Shown: in pieces, positions 13,620-25,430 of the stretch
Position numbering within the stretch: the stretch's first letter is position 1
Layout: each line of letters opens with the position of its first letter
Assembly: GCA_964016885.1 (NCBI GenBank)
Contig: OZ024749.1
Coordinates: forward strand, 38,626,001 to 38,690,000
Direction: 5' to 3'
Source: Eledone cirrhosa
Taxonomy: Eukaryota
DNA length: 64,000 nucleotides
Translations under genes and position numbers: made by a program
Notes under the pieces: generated by a model
What the model was told of the DNA's origin: nothing
Seen by the model: the letters and a program-made list of their open reading frames with translations, nothing else
Database searches by the model: none

Positions 13620-13620
<1 letters not shown>
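11983..13620 (+). mobile_element. 5'-truncated Penelope-like element with inverted terminal repeat (arms 11983-12269 and 13280-13563)
   Basis: ORF 12353-13159 encodes a PLE thumb end (FSGY), C..C..C, then NVVYSIRC..C...YIGETTRSIGERINEH...EAINI...LN (GIY-YIG). It is flanked by inverted ~285-bp repeats, a 3' tail and (TA)n on both sides. Confidence 0.92.
12141..12185 (-). ncRNA. Minimal hammerhead in the inverted terminal repeat
   Basis: Minus strand: ggtca CTGAGGA g gtcaca gagtg tgtgac GAAA ggac TA tgact. The + copy at 13364-13405 lacks 3 nt of the core. Confidence 0.6.
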
Positions 13621-13656
<36 letters not shown>

Positions 13657-13999
13657 AATATATATATGTGCTATGCAACACCTTCCCTACCATCACCCCT
13701 CCTAAACACCTCCCTTGCTGTAATCATACCACTCCTATACCTACCTCCCCAATTACACAGGCATCTTCCCCACCCAGGTCTCCAACCCACACAATAAAGT
13801 GGTTCCCCTGGAGCCACGACAAAAGTGCGCAGTCCACTTTATAAAGGGGTCCTTCTAGAGCCACGACATAACCGCCCACAAGAAGAGGGCATCTTTGATA
13901 CTTTTACCAGACGTAAAATCACGTCTTTTCGACAGACCTTGTATATACACACACACAAACTAACGAAGACACCCTAACTCATCCGCTCTCCAGATATCT

Positions 14000-14580
14000 A
14001 TTTAAGGCTGTACATGGCTATGGTGTGACCACACTTAGAATTTGCATCACCAGTCTGGAACCCTTATCTTGCTCAGAACATTGACCGCCTCGAAACTGTT
14101 CAGAGACTTACAACCAAGCGAATACCCTCCGTCAGGCATCTACCATACTCTGAGCGCCTTGCTTCCCTGGGCATGAATACATTGAAGCTTCGACGCCTGG
14201 CAACTGACTTGGTAAACACCCACAAAATTGTTAACCATGTTGCCAACAACAACCCTGAGTACCTTTTTGATTTCCATGTGTCTAACACACGTGGACATGC
14301 CCACAAAGTAAGAAAACAGCACAGTTCCCATGACTTTCGGAAACATTTTTTCATGCTCAGAGTTGCTGAAGCATGGAACAAACTACCTGCATCAGTTGTT
14401 AGCTGTCGAGACACTGCATCCTTTAAGGCCTCCATGCTTCCCGAGATCCGCCAACACTACAGCTAACACATACACACATGTACTTCCCTGACATTTGTGT
14501 ATTATTCTATGTACTATACATACACCTTTGACGAGTTGTAGTGCACCTGAGCACTTTACACAATAATTTCATTATTATTA
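14000..14580 (+). mobile_element. CR1-clade LINE 3' end fragment
   Basis: PHLEFASPVWNPY...LETVQR..TK.IP...Y.ERL..LGM.TL..RR...D...TRGH..K...FF..RV...WN.LP..VV, with an in-frame stop early in the fragment. The 3'UTR ends in (ATT)n. Confidence 0.9.
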
Positions 14581-14814
14581 ATATAAAGTTATGTTGGAAG
14601 ATTCTAATTTACATTGGAAACCTTTAAAATGGATGGTTTTATTTCATAGAACCAGAGCCAGTTTGGGCTTGGTTAGTAACAAAAGGGCTAAAGTACAGTA
14701 GTTTTTCCCCTTGCTATTTGTCCTCTAACTCTGTCATACACCTAGCATTGTGCAGTTGTTTTTAGCTGAGTTGTTAGGGTATTAGGGAGAATGTGTTGTA
14801 ATAATTGTAACAAA

Positions 14815-15090
14815 TGTGCTGGTGCCATGATAAAAATATACCACTACACACTGCAAAGTTGGTAGTGCTGGTGTCACAATAAAATGTACCCACTACACAC
14901 TGCAAAGTTGGTAGTGCTGGTGTCACAATAAAATGTACCCACTATACACTCCAAAGTTGACAGTGCTGGTGTCACAATAAAATGTACCCACTACACACTG
15001 CAAAGTTGGTAGTGTTGGTGTCACAATAAAATGTACCCACTATACACTGCAGAGTTGATAGTGCTGGTGTCACAATAAAATATACCCAGT
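14815..15090. repeat. 49-bp tandem repeat (~5.5 copies)
   Basis: gtgctggtgtcacaataaaatgtacccactacacactgcaaagttggta recurs at 49-bp spacing and resembles part of the SINE family 2/RTE tail. Confidence 0.85.
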
Positions 15091-15314
15091 AAATTGGTAG
15101 GGTTTAATAATATAACTAATTTTCTCATTATTAAGCTGGTGTTTGAAACATAACTTTCAGACTCTTACATAAAATTAAGATGGGGGGTTTAAATCAAATA
15201 TGTTTGTATCATAGAACCCGGAGTGACTTTATGTAGTTTATAAAGGGTTAAAGTAATAATATCTGATACACAATTGAGACATTATCATGAAATATCCTAT
15301 TTATTTATTTCCAG

Positions 15315-15352
15315 TTATTCATACAAAGACTAAGGATATGGAATTAAGACAT
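15315..15352 (+). CDS. TMEM256: TMEM256 homolog, coding exon 2 (38-nt mini-exon)
   Basis: Acceptor ttatttatttccAG and donor GTGAGT. Its 38 nt convert phase 1 to phase 0 and encode (V)IHTKTKDMELRH, joining exons 1 and 3 in frame. Confidence 0.8.
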
Positions 15353-15609
15353 GTGAGTTGTTGTTATTGTTTATTGTTATTTTGTTCTATATGTTATAAC
15401 TTGAAATAAAAATATTCCTTAAAAATCCATGGGCATTTGTACCTCATTGACAAGTGAGGTTGTGATATCTCCAAGAGATATGACAGAGGATTGTAACTAA
15501 ACCACATATAGGAATCAACCATGTACCAGTTAAATAATATATCTATATATAGTTGCCCCACCCTTGCAAACAGGGAAAAGCAGGCGTAAAATGATGATGA
15601 AGGTGATAT

Positions 15610-16455
15610 ATCATCATCATCATCATCATCAGGTTTAGCGTCCGTGTTCCACGCTTGCATGGGTTTGGACGGGGGTTTTCCCACTTGAGGCAAGAGTGGT
15701 TGTCTTGCTCGCATAGGACTGTCTGGCGGGTTTTCTACAGTTGGATGCCCTTCCTAACACCAACCACATTTACAGTGTGGGGCTGGGAGGTTTTTACCGT
15801 GTTGCCTACACGGCCACATTACAGCGTGGACTGTCTGGCGGGTTTTCTACAGCTGGATGCCCTTCCTAACACCAACCACATTTACAGTGTGGGGCTGGGA
15901 GGTTTTTACTGTGTTGCCTACACGGCCACATTTACAGCGTGGACTGTGTGTTTTTTGTCGTGACACCTACACGATCTCATTTGTTTCGGCCTGGATGTTG
16001 TGGGACCAACATAACTTTACATTGAAAGGGGCGGTGTGGGTGGGGTGGAGGTGGTGGGACGGGGGTGTGTTTTGATAGAGGTGCCTACTGACTGTAGTAG
16101 GTTTTTACTTTGTATTTAGGTAAGGCGGGTCTTCTCTATTACTGAGTACCGCCAAAGGTCTCGGTCCAGTGACATTGTCTTGGAGAGGTGTAAGCGTGTG
16201 AGGTCGGAATTTATCAGCTCGTCCCATGTTTTTCTGGGTCTGCCTACTCCGTGGCTACCGTCTATCTTTATTGCCCTGCACTTTGTTATACAGCTGTCGT
16301 CTTTCATGCGCATCACGTGACCGTACCAACGTAGCCTTCTCTCGAGTAAACAACATCTGATCCCTCTTATTTCTAATTTTTTCCTTAGTTCATTTATGCT
16401 TTGCCGTTCACGTATATTACTATTGCACATCCAGCGGAGCATGCAAGCTTCGTTC

Positions 16456-16460
<5 letters not shown>
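15610..16460 (-). mobile_element. RTE-clade LINE 3' end (ORF end plus 3'UTR ending in (GAT)n)
   Basis: MLRWMC...RRLRWYGHVMRM...GRPRKTW...DR.LWR motifs. The UTR contains gttaggaagggcatcc and ends in ggacgctaaacc(tga)n. Other 3' copies at about 21415-21800 (-) and 27225-27676 (+). Confidence 0.88.
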
Positions 16461-16486
<26 letters not shown>

Positions 16487-16519
16487 CAATCAAAACCAAC
16501 AATATATATTTATATATAT

Positions 16520-17418
16520 ATATGCATGTATGGTCCCGTAACTCCTCAAAGGAGTCGTATGGGCTCCCTGTTGACATATACATATATATATATCAATCAA
16601 AACCAACAATATATATATATATGCATGTATGGTCCCGTAACACCTCAAAGGAGTCATATGGGCTCCCTGTTGACATATATGCATGTATGGTCCCGTAACA
16701 CCTCAAAGGAGTCATATGGGCTCCCTGTTGACATATATGCATGTATGGTCCCGTAACACCTCAAAGGAGTCATATGAGCTCCCTGTTGACATATATGCAT
16801 GTATGGTCCCGTAACACCTCAAAGGAGTCGTATGAGCTCCCTGTTGACATATATGCATGTATGGTCCCGTAACACCTCAAAGGAGTCATATGGGCTCCCT
16901 GTTGACATATATGCATGTATGGTCCCGTAACTCCTCAAAGGAGTCGTATGGGCTCCCTGTTGACATATATGCATGTATGGTCCCGTAACACCTCAAAGGA
17001 GTCATATGGGCTCCCTGTTGACATATATGCATGTATGGTCCCGTAACACCTCAAAGGAGTCATATGGGCTCCCTGTTGACATATATGCATGTATGGTCCC
17101 GTAACACCTCAAAGGAGTCGTATGGGCTCCCTGTTGACATATATGCATGTATGGTCCCGTAACACCTCAAAGGAGTCGTATGGGCTCCCTGTTGACATAT
17201 ATGCATGTATGGTCCCGTAACACCTCAAAGGAGTCGTATGGGCTCCCTGTTGACATATATGCATGTATGGTCCCGTAACACCTCAAAGGAGTCGTATGGG
17301 CTCCCTGTAGACATATACATATATATATATCAATCAAAACCAACAATATATATATATATATATGCATGTATGGTCCCGTAACTCCTCAAAGGACTTGTAT
17401 GGGCTCCCTGTTGACATT
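16520..17418. repeat. 58-bp tandem repeat (14 copies)
   Basis: atatatgcatgtatggtcccgtaacacctcaaaggagtcatatgggctccctgttgac at 58-bp spacing, with outer copies separated by (TA)n-tcaatcaaaaccaacaa spacers. Confidence 0.92.
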
Positions 17419-17673
17419 TTAAGGGCATTTTTTTTAGCCTGGCGGAAGCCATCCCATTCCAAGCCTGAACACAGCAAATTTCTTCCAGAGAAGGATAGAG
17501 GGAATGAAAGAATGGAAGTGAGAAAGAGATATAGAGGAAGAACTGGCCCCAGTATATATATGTATATTGGTTTATGAAGCTCACTGGAAAGAGTGAGAGA
17601 GAGAGAGAGATGTGATTTAGCCACTGGAAACATTTATTCAAAATATACAGTAGATTCTAAATATTGTATATAT

Positions 17674-17860
17674 AATTGTTTCTACTTTAGGCACAAGGCC
17701 AGCAATTACCCAGTGCATTACTGGTACTTTATTTTATCGACCCCGTAAGGATGAAAGGCAAAGTCAACCTCAGCGGGATTTGAACTCAGATCGTAAAGGG
17801 ATGTAACTATGCTGGAAAGCATGGCGTCCGACCCTCTACCGGTACTGCTAATCCACCGCC
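17674..17860 (-). mobile_element. SINE family 1 copy; partial copy at 18484-18594
   Basis: Matches the family consensus. Confidence 0.85.
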
Positions 17861-19349
17861 TCTATTGTATATATAATGGAGGTGCAACTTATACATGAGT
17901 ATATACAGCATGTGTATATATGTGTATGTATATATCATCATCATCATTTAACGTCCATTTTCCACACTAGCATGAGTGAGGTGGGTGGGTGGGTGGTTAT
18001 GTTATAAGACAAGTCAGGTCTGGAGACCACATCATGCTCATGCAGATCTATATTTTGGCTTGGTTTCTACTGCTGAATGCCCTTCCTAATGTCAACCACA
18101 ACCCCTTTACAGTATTGACTGGATGCTTTTTATCATGGCACCGAAATGACCACTTAACTACCTTACAGGGTGTACTGGGTGCTCTTTCTTGTGTCACTAT
18201 CATGACCACCTTACAGGATGGACTGGGTGCTTTTGTTGTTGTGTCACTGGAACAGCATACAGGGTGGACTTAGTGCTTTTTGTCATGGTAATGGCATTGT
18301 GAGAGATCATATGTAGTGTGTGTCTAGCTTCATGCTTGTATGCGTGGGTTGGGCAAACAAAGTGTATCAAGGGTGACAGGAGGGGGGGGGGGTTACAAGT
18401 AAGCAAGTTCATCATCAACAACGTGTGTGGAGTATTTAGCTCGTGATGGCCGGGTATTAAGACTGGGGAGGGTGAATGAGGAGGGATGAAAGGCAAAATC
18501 AACCTCGGCGGGATTTGAACTCAGATCGTAAAGGGATGTAACTATGCTGGAAAGCATGGCGTCCGACCCTCTACCGATACTGCCAATCCACCGCCATTAC
18601 TAACTCATAAATAATACACTCAGAACATAGCCAAATATAAACTAAGCACCTTTACTAGATGTATGGCATTATTCATATTTCCTATCTTAACACTTTATCA
18701 TTTAAACCGGTCTTATCTGGCCAGGATTCTCTTATCTCTTTCTGTTCAAACTGGCTGTAACCAGATGCTCATACTTATATTAAGGTATTATTCTAAAAAT
18801 AAATAATATCAAAATCTCATAGACTCGATATTATCTAAGATAATTATATGAAATAAAGTGTTTACTGTGAAAATACAATAGTAAATATAGAGTAATGTAA
18901 ATGATAAAAGGTTAAACATCATTCATATTTCCTGGCTCTTATATTACATAAACCTAACCAACCCACATTGATTACCAGTATGGAGGAAACATACTTTATC
19001 AAGCTGCACCGTATATAAGCTCTAGCTTTTTTCTACATAAATATGATGTATAAGTGGTACCAACATATCATATGTCAATCTACTGGATATACAAAATATA
19101 TTCACAATATATAGGTCTATATATATATATATGTATGTGTATATAACGAAGAAAATGTGGTAAGGAACCAGGTGGACCATAACGCACCAAAGTACTCAAT
19201 ACTTAGGGTAGTAGAGTGGGTAATAGGAACGAGTAGGACCCCGACGGCTGAGCTCAAGCCGTTTCGACGGCTAAGAATTAGCCGTCGAAACGGCTTGAGC
19301 TCAGCCGTCGGGGTCCTACTCGTTCCTGTATGTGTATATATATATATAT

Positions 19350-19740
19350 GGAGGCACATGGCTTAGTGGTTAGAGCATTGGCTTTGCAATCAAAAGGTTG
19401 TGAGTTCAATTCTCAGACCGGGTGATGCGTTGTTTCCTTGAGCAAGACACTTTATTTCATATTGCTCCAGTTTACTCAGCTGTAGAAATGAGATGATAGG
19501 GACTGGAGTCCCTATCATTCCACTGTAAAGTGGTCGTGGAGGTGCCACGGCAAAAAAGCACCCAGCACTCACTGTAAATGAGGTTGGTGTTAGGAAGGGC
19601 ATCCAGCTGTAGAAACCAAGCCAGAATCAGTTCCCGTCCCACCCTTGCAAGCAGGGAAGAAGCGGACGTAAAATGAAATGATATCATCCTACCCATGCTA
19701 GCGTGGAAGATGAGATGGATGTTAAACAATGATGATGATA
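19350..19740 (+). mobile_element. tRNA-headed SINE family 2 with CORE-like centre and RTE-shared tail
   Basis: tggcttagtggttag (A box), gagttcaattc (B box), ccttgagcaagacactt central motif, tail gttaggaagggcatcc...ggacgtaaaatg...(gat)n. Other copies or fragments at about 20940-21228, 23053-23350, 26140-26195 (-) and 29790-29932 (-). Confidence 0.75.
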
Positions 19741-19756
19741 AATATGTATATGTATG

Positions 19757-19789
<33 letters not shown>

Positions 19790-20887
19790 ATATATAAGTG
19801 GAAGCTTAGTAAAATCGAAGCTTTGGCTGTGGGCAAGCAAAGTCGACCTACAATAAGGAATGAGTAGCAAAGCACTGAATAAGGGTAATAACATTACGTT
19901 TAAATAGCTTGACAAATTGAAAATTGCGGTAGGCAAAATCCAACCACACAATATATATATATATATATGTATGTATCATCATCATCATCACCGTTTAACG
20001 GCCATTTTCCATGCTTGCATGGGTCAGACGTGTCGTCTGCATCGAGAGACAAGTCTGGCCAAGATTGGCCACACCATACCTTGTTCTGGTATGATTGTAA
20101 ATTTGGCCTGGGTTTTTACAGCTAGATACCCTTCCTAACACTAACCACATTTACAGTGTGGGACTGGATGGCAGCATTATGGGAAGGGACAGACCAGTTG
20201 GCCACACCAAGCCCTTCTCAGAGTGGTACCACAGTTTGGAAGCCACAACCACATTTACAGTGTGGAACTTGATGGTACCGCTATGTCGAGGGACAGGCCA
20301 GTTGTCTGTGCAGAACCCTTCTCACAGCGGGACCACATTTTCAGAATCTGGAACTGGATGGCACCGTTATCTGGAGGGACTGGTCAGTTGGCCACGCTGA
20401 CCCTTCGCACAGCGGAACCATAGTTTAGGGATCACAACAACGTAAACAGTGTGGAATTTTTGACACCACAGATAATGAGATCGAGATCGTGTAGGTGTCA
20501 CGGCAAAAATACACACAGTCCACGCTGTAATGTGGCCATGTAGGTAACATGGTAAAAAGTTCCCAGTCCACACTGTAAATGTGGTTGGTGTTAGGAAGGG
20601 CATCAAGCCGTAGAAAACCTGCCAAATAGTCCTATACGAGCTAGACACGGTCACCCAACACAGCTTGCCTCTAAATGGGACAAACCCATCTAACCCATGC
20701 TAATGTAGAAGATGTTAAACAATGATGATGATGATATATATATATAAATACATGAATATATGTATATATATATATATGTATGTGTAAAAATATAGACTTA
20801 TATGTGTGTGTACATGTATATATATATATATATATATATACATGTACACACACATATAAGTCCATATTTTTACACATACACATACAC

Positions 20888-20922
<35 letters not shown>

Positions 20923-22037
20923 TATTTACAAATATATACATGTTCAATTCTCAGACTGGGTGATGCGTTGTTTCCTTGAGCAAGACACTTTATTTCACAT
21001 TGCTCTAGTTTACTCAGCTGTAGAAATGAGATGATAGGGACTGGAGTCCATATCATTCCACTGCAAAGTGGTCGTGGAGGTGCCACAGCAAAAAAGCAAC
21101 CAGCACTCACTGTAAATGAGGTTGGTGTTAGGAAGGGCATCCAACTGTAGAAATCAAGTCAGAATCAGTTCCCGTCCCACCCTTGCAAGCAGGGAAAAGT
21201 GGACGTAAAATGAAATGATGAATGATGATGTATATGTATATATATATATATATCTACACGCGCTGTAAATATAGTTGGCGATAGGAAGGTCATCCAGAAA
21301 CGTTGGTGTATGAGCACAACGCGGTCACCTAACCCAACTTGCCTCAAATGGGACAACCATAATCCTACATATACATATATTCATGTATTTATATATATAT
21401 ATATATATATCATCATCATTGTTTAACGTCTATCTTCCACGTTAGCATGGGTTAGATGGGTTTGTCTCATGTAGAGGCTGGTTTTCTACGGCTGGATGCC
21501 CTTCCTAACACCAACCACTTTTACAGTGTGGAACTGGGAACTTTTTGCCGTGTTACCTACACGATCTCGATCTCATCTCATTTATTTGGACTGGATGTTG
21601 TGGTACCAACTTTACAGAGAAAGTGTGGTGTTAGTGGGAGTGGGAGGATGGAGTAGGGGTAGTGGATTGGGTATATATTTGGTTAAGTAGTGCCAACTGA
21701 CTGTAAGTTTCTCTTTGTACATAGGCAAGGCGTGTCTTCTGTATTACTGCGTGGCGCCAAAGATCTCAGTCCAGTGACATTGTCTTAGAGAGGTGCAAAT
21801 CAAATCGTCCCTATATATATATATATACTTTTCTCAACCTGATTAGTTCTATCGTTGCTTTGGTATATATTGTGTGTTAGTTTCGCCTACCACAATGTTC
21901 GATTTGTCAAGCTATTTAAACGTATGTTATTACTCTAAGGTCCTATCTTATCGAGTGCTTTGCTAACTCATCATTTCATATAAGTAGGCCGAATTTACTG
22001 GCAAACCGCCAAAGATTCGATTTTACTGATTTCCAAT

Positions 22038-22068
<31 letters not shown>

Positions 22069-22702
22069 GGGGGGGGGATTTGATATATATATATAATCAT
22101 CTACGTCCGCTTTTCCTGTGAGATTGCGTAAGATGAAGGAGTACTGAACATTATGCCCAGAGTGGCAGGTAAACGGTGACAGATGCGCTCACACAAACGC
22201 ACCAGTAACTATCGTCTGCTTCGGACAACCGCTAATGTTTACGTTATTTATTTTACTCTTTCTTCAGTTTTTTTTTTATTAAGAATGTATTATAGAGTTA
22301 TAAATGTTATGGAGAATGCGTTGGTTTTTCTTAGTCTGTTTATATATATATTTATTTTGTTGAAGATACTTTTAGCTTGTAGAGCGACCAAATAAAGTTT
22401 TCGTGTCTTTTAAACCCATTCGAGTAACAATCAAGGGGAAAGAAATCGTGGAGTCTTCTGCTGTATCTGTCAAGATTTACTTCCCTTGATTCCATGCGTC
22501 GTGAATAAGATTCAGAAATTCTTTTGTTTCACCGATTTCAGTCAATAGAGTGCGGCCTTGCTGGAGCATCAACTTAAAGGGATTTACTCGGTCATATCGA
22601 CACCAGCATTTATTTTATCGATCTCTTTTTGTTGAACTACTGTGTTACACTCCATAAACAAACAGTAAATACAGTCACGTATATCACATCATTATTTTAC
22701 GT

Positions 22703-22886
22703 CGGTGGATTGGCAGTATCGGTAGAGGGTCGGACGCCATGCTTTCCAGCATAGTTACGTCCCTTTACGATCTGAGTTCAAATCCCGCCGAGGTTGACTT
22801 TGCCTTTCATCCTTACGGGGTCGATAAAATAAAGTACCAGTAATGCACTGGGTGATTGCTGGCCTTGTGCCTAAAGTAGAAACAAT
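22703..22886 (+). mobile_element. SINE family 1 copy in sense orientation
   Basis: cggtggattggcagtatcgg...gagttcaaatcccgcc...gtagaaacaatt. Confidence 0.88.
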
Positions 22887-23018
22887 TATTTTACGTCTAT
22901 TTTACAATCTTCCATGGGTTAGACGAGCTGACATGTTCCGATGTCTTCCTCATACTATGATCGTATCACATTAAAAAGTTAAGTGTTTACCTCTAACTTT
23001 ACATATATATATATATAT

Positions 23019-23052
<34 letters not shown>

Positions 23053-23432
23053 TGGTTGTGGTTAGGATGTTCAGCTTATGATCGTATGGTCGTGATTTCG
23101 ATTCTTGACTAGGCAGCACGTTGTGTCCTTAAGCAAGCCACTTTTTTTCACATTGCTCCTATAAGTGAGTTTTGTGTCTGTAATTCAAGGGTTCTAGCTT
23201 TATCACGCATTGTGTCATGCTGAATCTCCCTGAGAACTACGTTAAAGGTGCACCTTTCTGTGAAATGCTCAACCACTTTATGTTAATTTCAGAAGCAGGT
23301 CATTTTATTGGTTGAATCAACATGAGCACTCATCATTAGAAATGATGGAGGCTTCTATATATTGGTTAATGTCTTTGCTTCTACAGTAAACTCCTTATTG
23401 TCATTAACAAAAGTATATTTTTTTCTGTTTAG

Positions 23433-23513
23433 ATATTTGATACTGGAAGTAGTATGCACTTGCTTCACTCAGTGGTTTTGTTATCTATGCCTTTAACCAA
23501 AAGACCTCATCTT
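23433..23513 (+). CDS. TMEM256: TMEM256 homolog, coding exon 3
   Basis: Acceptor tttttttctgtttAG and donor GTAAGT. The 81 nt encode IFDTGSSMHLLHSVVLLSMPLTKRPHL (human [27 protein letters not shown]). Confidence 0.92.
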
Positions 23514-23602
23514 GTAAGTAATCATTGATTTGTTTCTATGTTTTCCCTAAGGGCTTTATTTTATCCCTTTTCTTTCACCATTTGTGAGTTTTGAATGAAT
23601 TC

Positions 23603-24070
23603 TGTTGAATGACTGAGAGTACAAGACTCCTCTGGATGGGACAAATGACTCGTTCACAGTTGAATGACTGGGAGTACAAGACTCCCTCTGGATGGGACAA
23701 ATGACTCTTTCACAGTTGAATGACTGAGAGTACAAGACTCCCTCTGGATGTGACTAATAAATCTGTCACAGTTGAATGACTGAGAGTACAAGACTCCCTC
23801 TGGATAGGACTAATGACTCTTTCACAGTTGAATGACTGAGAGTACAAGACTTCTTCTGGATGTGACAAATGACTGTTTCACAGTTGAATGACTGAGAGTA
23901 CAAGACTCCCTCTGGATGGGACAAATGACTCGTTCACAGTTGAATGACTGAGAGTACAAGACTCCCTCTGGATGGGACTAATAAATCTGTCACAGTTGAA
24001 TGACTGAGAGTACAAGACTTCTTCTGGATGTAACAAATGACTCTTTTGCAGTTGAGTGACTGACAGTACA
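23603..24070. repeat. 56-bp tandem repeat (~8.5 copies) in TMEM256 intron 3
   Basis: gttgaatgactgagagtacaagactccctctggatgggacaaatgactcgttcaca at about 56-bp spacing. Confidence 0.9.
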
Positions 24071-24920
24071 ATTTTGTCCCCAAATTAACCATAGCTGCTA
24101 ATATTCATTTTCAGCTGAATTGACTAGTTTAACCCTTTTGTATTTAAACTGGCCATATCCGGCAAGAATTCTCTAACCTCTTTCTCTTCAAACCGGCTGT
24201 AACTGGCTGCTCATACCTATGTTGTGGTATTGTTCTTAAAATGAATATCAAAATCTCATAGATTCAGTATTATGTGAGATAAAGTGTTTACCATGAAAAT
24301 ACAATAGTAAATATAGAGTAATATAAATGCTAGAGGGTTAACCTGAAATGTATTTCCTTGCTGAAGGTCACAACATACTGCCTGGTTTGAAGATTAAACC
24401 CTTACAATTGTATACCCAACATATATTATCATGACACTAGCGCTAGGGAGGGTGTCATGTCCTTCATATATAATAACTGCAGAGCCCTCTCTAACCACCA
24501 CCCTTTGTTTTGTTTTGTTTTTTTGTTTTATAGAGTTTCTACAGCTGGATGTCCTTCCTATGATAATTAGTATTTCACTATATCTATGTAATAGATATCC
24601 CTTTTTGTTTTTATTTCATTTGAGATTTTACCTTAAAACTTACTTAACCCTTTAGCATTTAAACCAGCCATATCCAGTCAGAATTACCTCACCTCTTTCT
24701 GTTTAAACTGGCTGTAACTGGCCACTCATACTGATGTTGAGGTATTGTTTTCAAAATAAATAATATCAAAATCTCATAGATTCAATATTATGTGAGATAA
24801 CTATGTGAGGTAAAGCCTTTACTATGAAAATACAATAGTAAATATGGAGTAATGTAAAATATAGAGTAATGCTAAAGAGTTAAATAATAATCTTATTTCT
24901 ATTTGTCATATTTTTTTCAG

Positions 24921-25064
24921 ACTGGTTCGTTTCTTACAATTGGGATGATATTGTTTTCTGGCACTTGTTACTACCATGCATTAACTGGTGATAAAAGACT
25001 GCGAGTATTAACACCATATGGTGGTATGTTACTTATTATCAGTTGGCTCAGTATAGCAGTCTAA
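24921..25064 (+). CDS. TMEM256: TMEM256 homolog, coding exon 4 (terminal)
   Basis: Acceptor tttttttcAG. Encodes TGSFLTIGMILFSGTCYYHALTGDKRLRVLTPYGGMLLIISWLSIAV then TAA, with the DUF423 motifs LFSG.Y and TP.GG...I.W. Confidence 0.93.
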   Translation, partial: TGSFLTIGMILFSGTCYYHALTGDKRLRVLTPYGGMLLIISWLSIAV

Positions 25065-25430
25065 ACATTTGCACTGTAAGGTGACCTGTTTCTTTATTTT
25101 GGTTGAATTATCATAGCTGACTAAATATTTACACAATAGAGTGACCTACCTGTATCTTTTTCTTTATGGATCATCAAAGCAGCTTCAATATTTACATATT
25201 AATGTGACCTGTTTCTTTAGCTTTGTTGGATCATCATAGCAGCCTAAATACACACTATAGAGTGACCTGTTTCTTTTTCTTTGTTGGATCATCATGGCAT
25301 CCTAAATGCTCAAACCATATGATAACTTGTTTTACCTTTGTTGGACCATAATAGCTTTCCTAAATATGCACACTCTATGGTAACATGTTTCTAATTTTTA
25401 GTTGGATTATCATAGTGGCCTAAATAAACT
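25065..25430 (+). repeat. Degenerate ~59-bp tandem repeat (~6 copies) in the TMEM256 3'UTR, followed by an AATAAA
   Basis: Recurrent gtgacctgtttct...ttgttggatcatcatagc...ctaaata units start right after the stop codon. AATAAA at 25423-25428. Confidence 0.7.

Noticed and set aside
19350-19425. Possible tRNA gene
   Set aside because: A and B boxes are present, but there is no clean cloverleaf and it continues into a SINE body and tail.
16520-24070. CRISPR-like appearance of the 58-bp and 56-bp arrays
   Set aside because: Whole units repeat with no unique spacers, there are no cas genes, and the context is eukaryotic.
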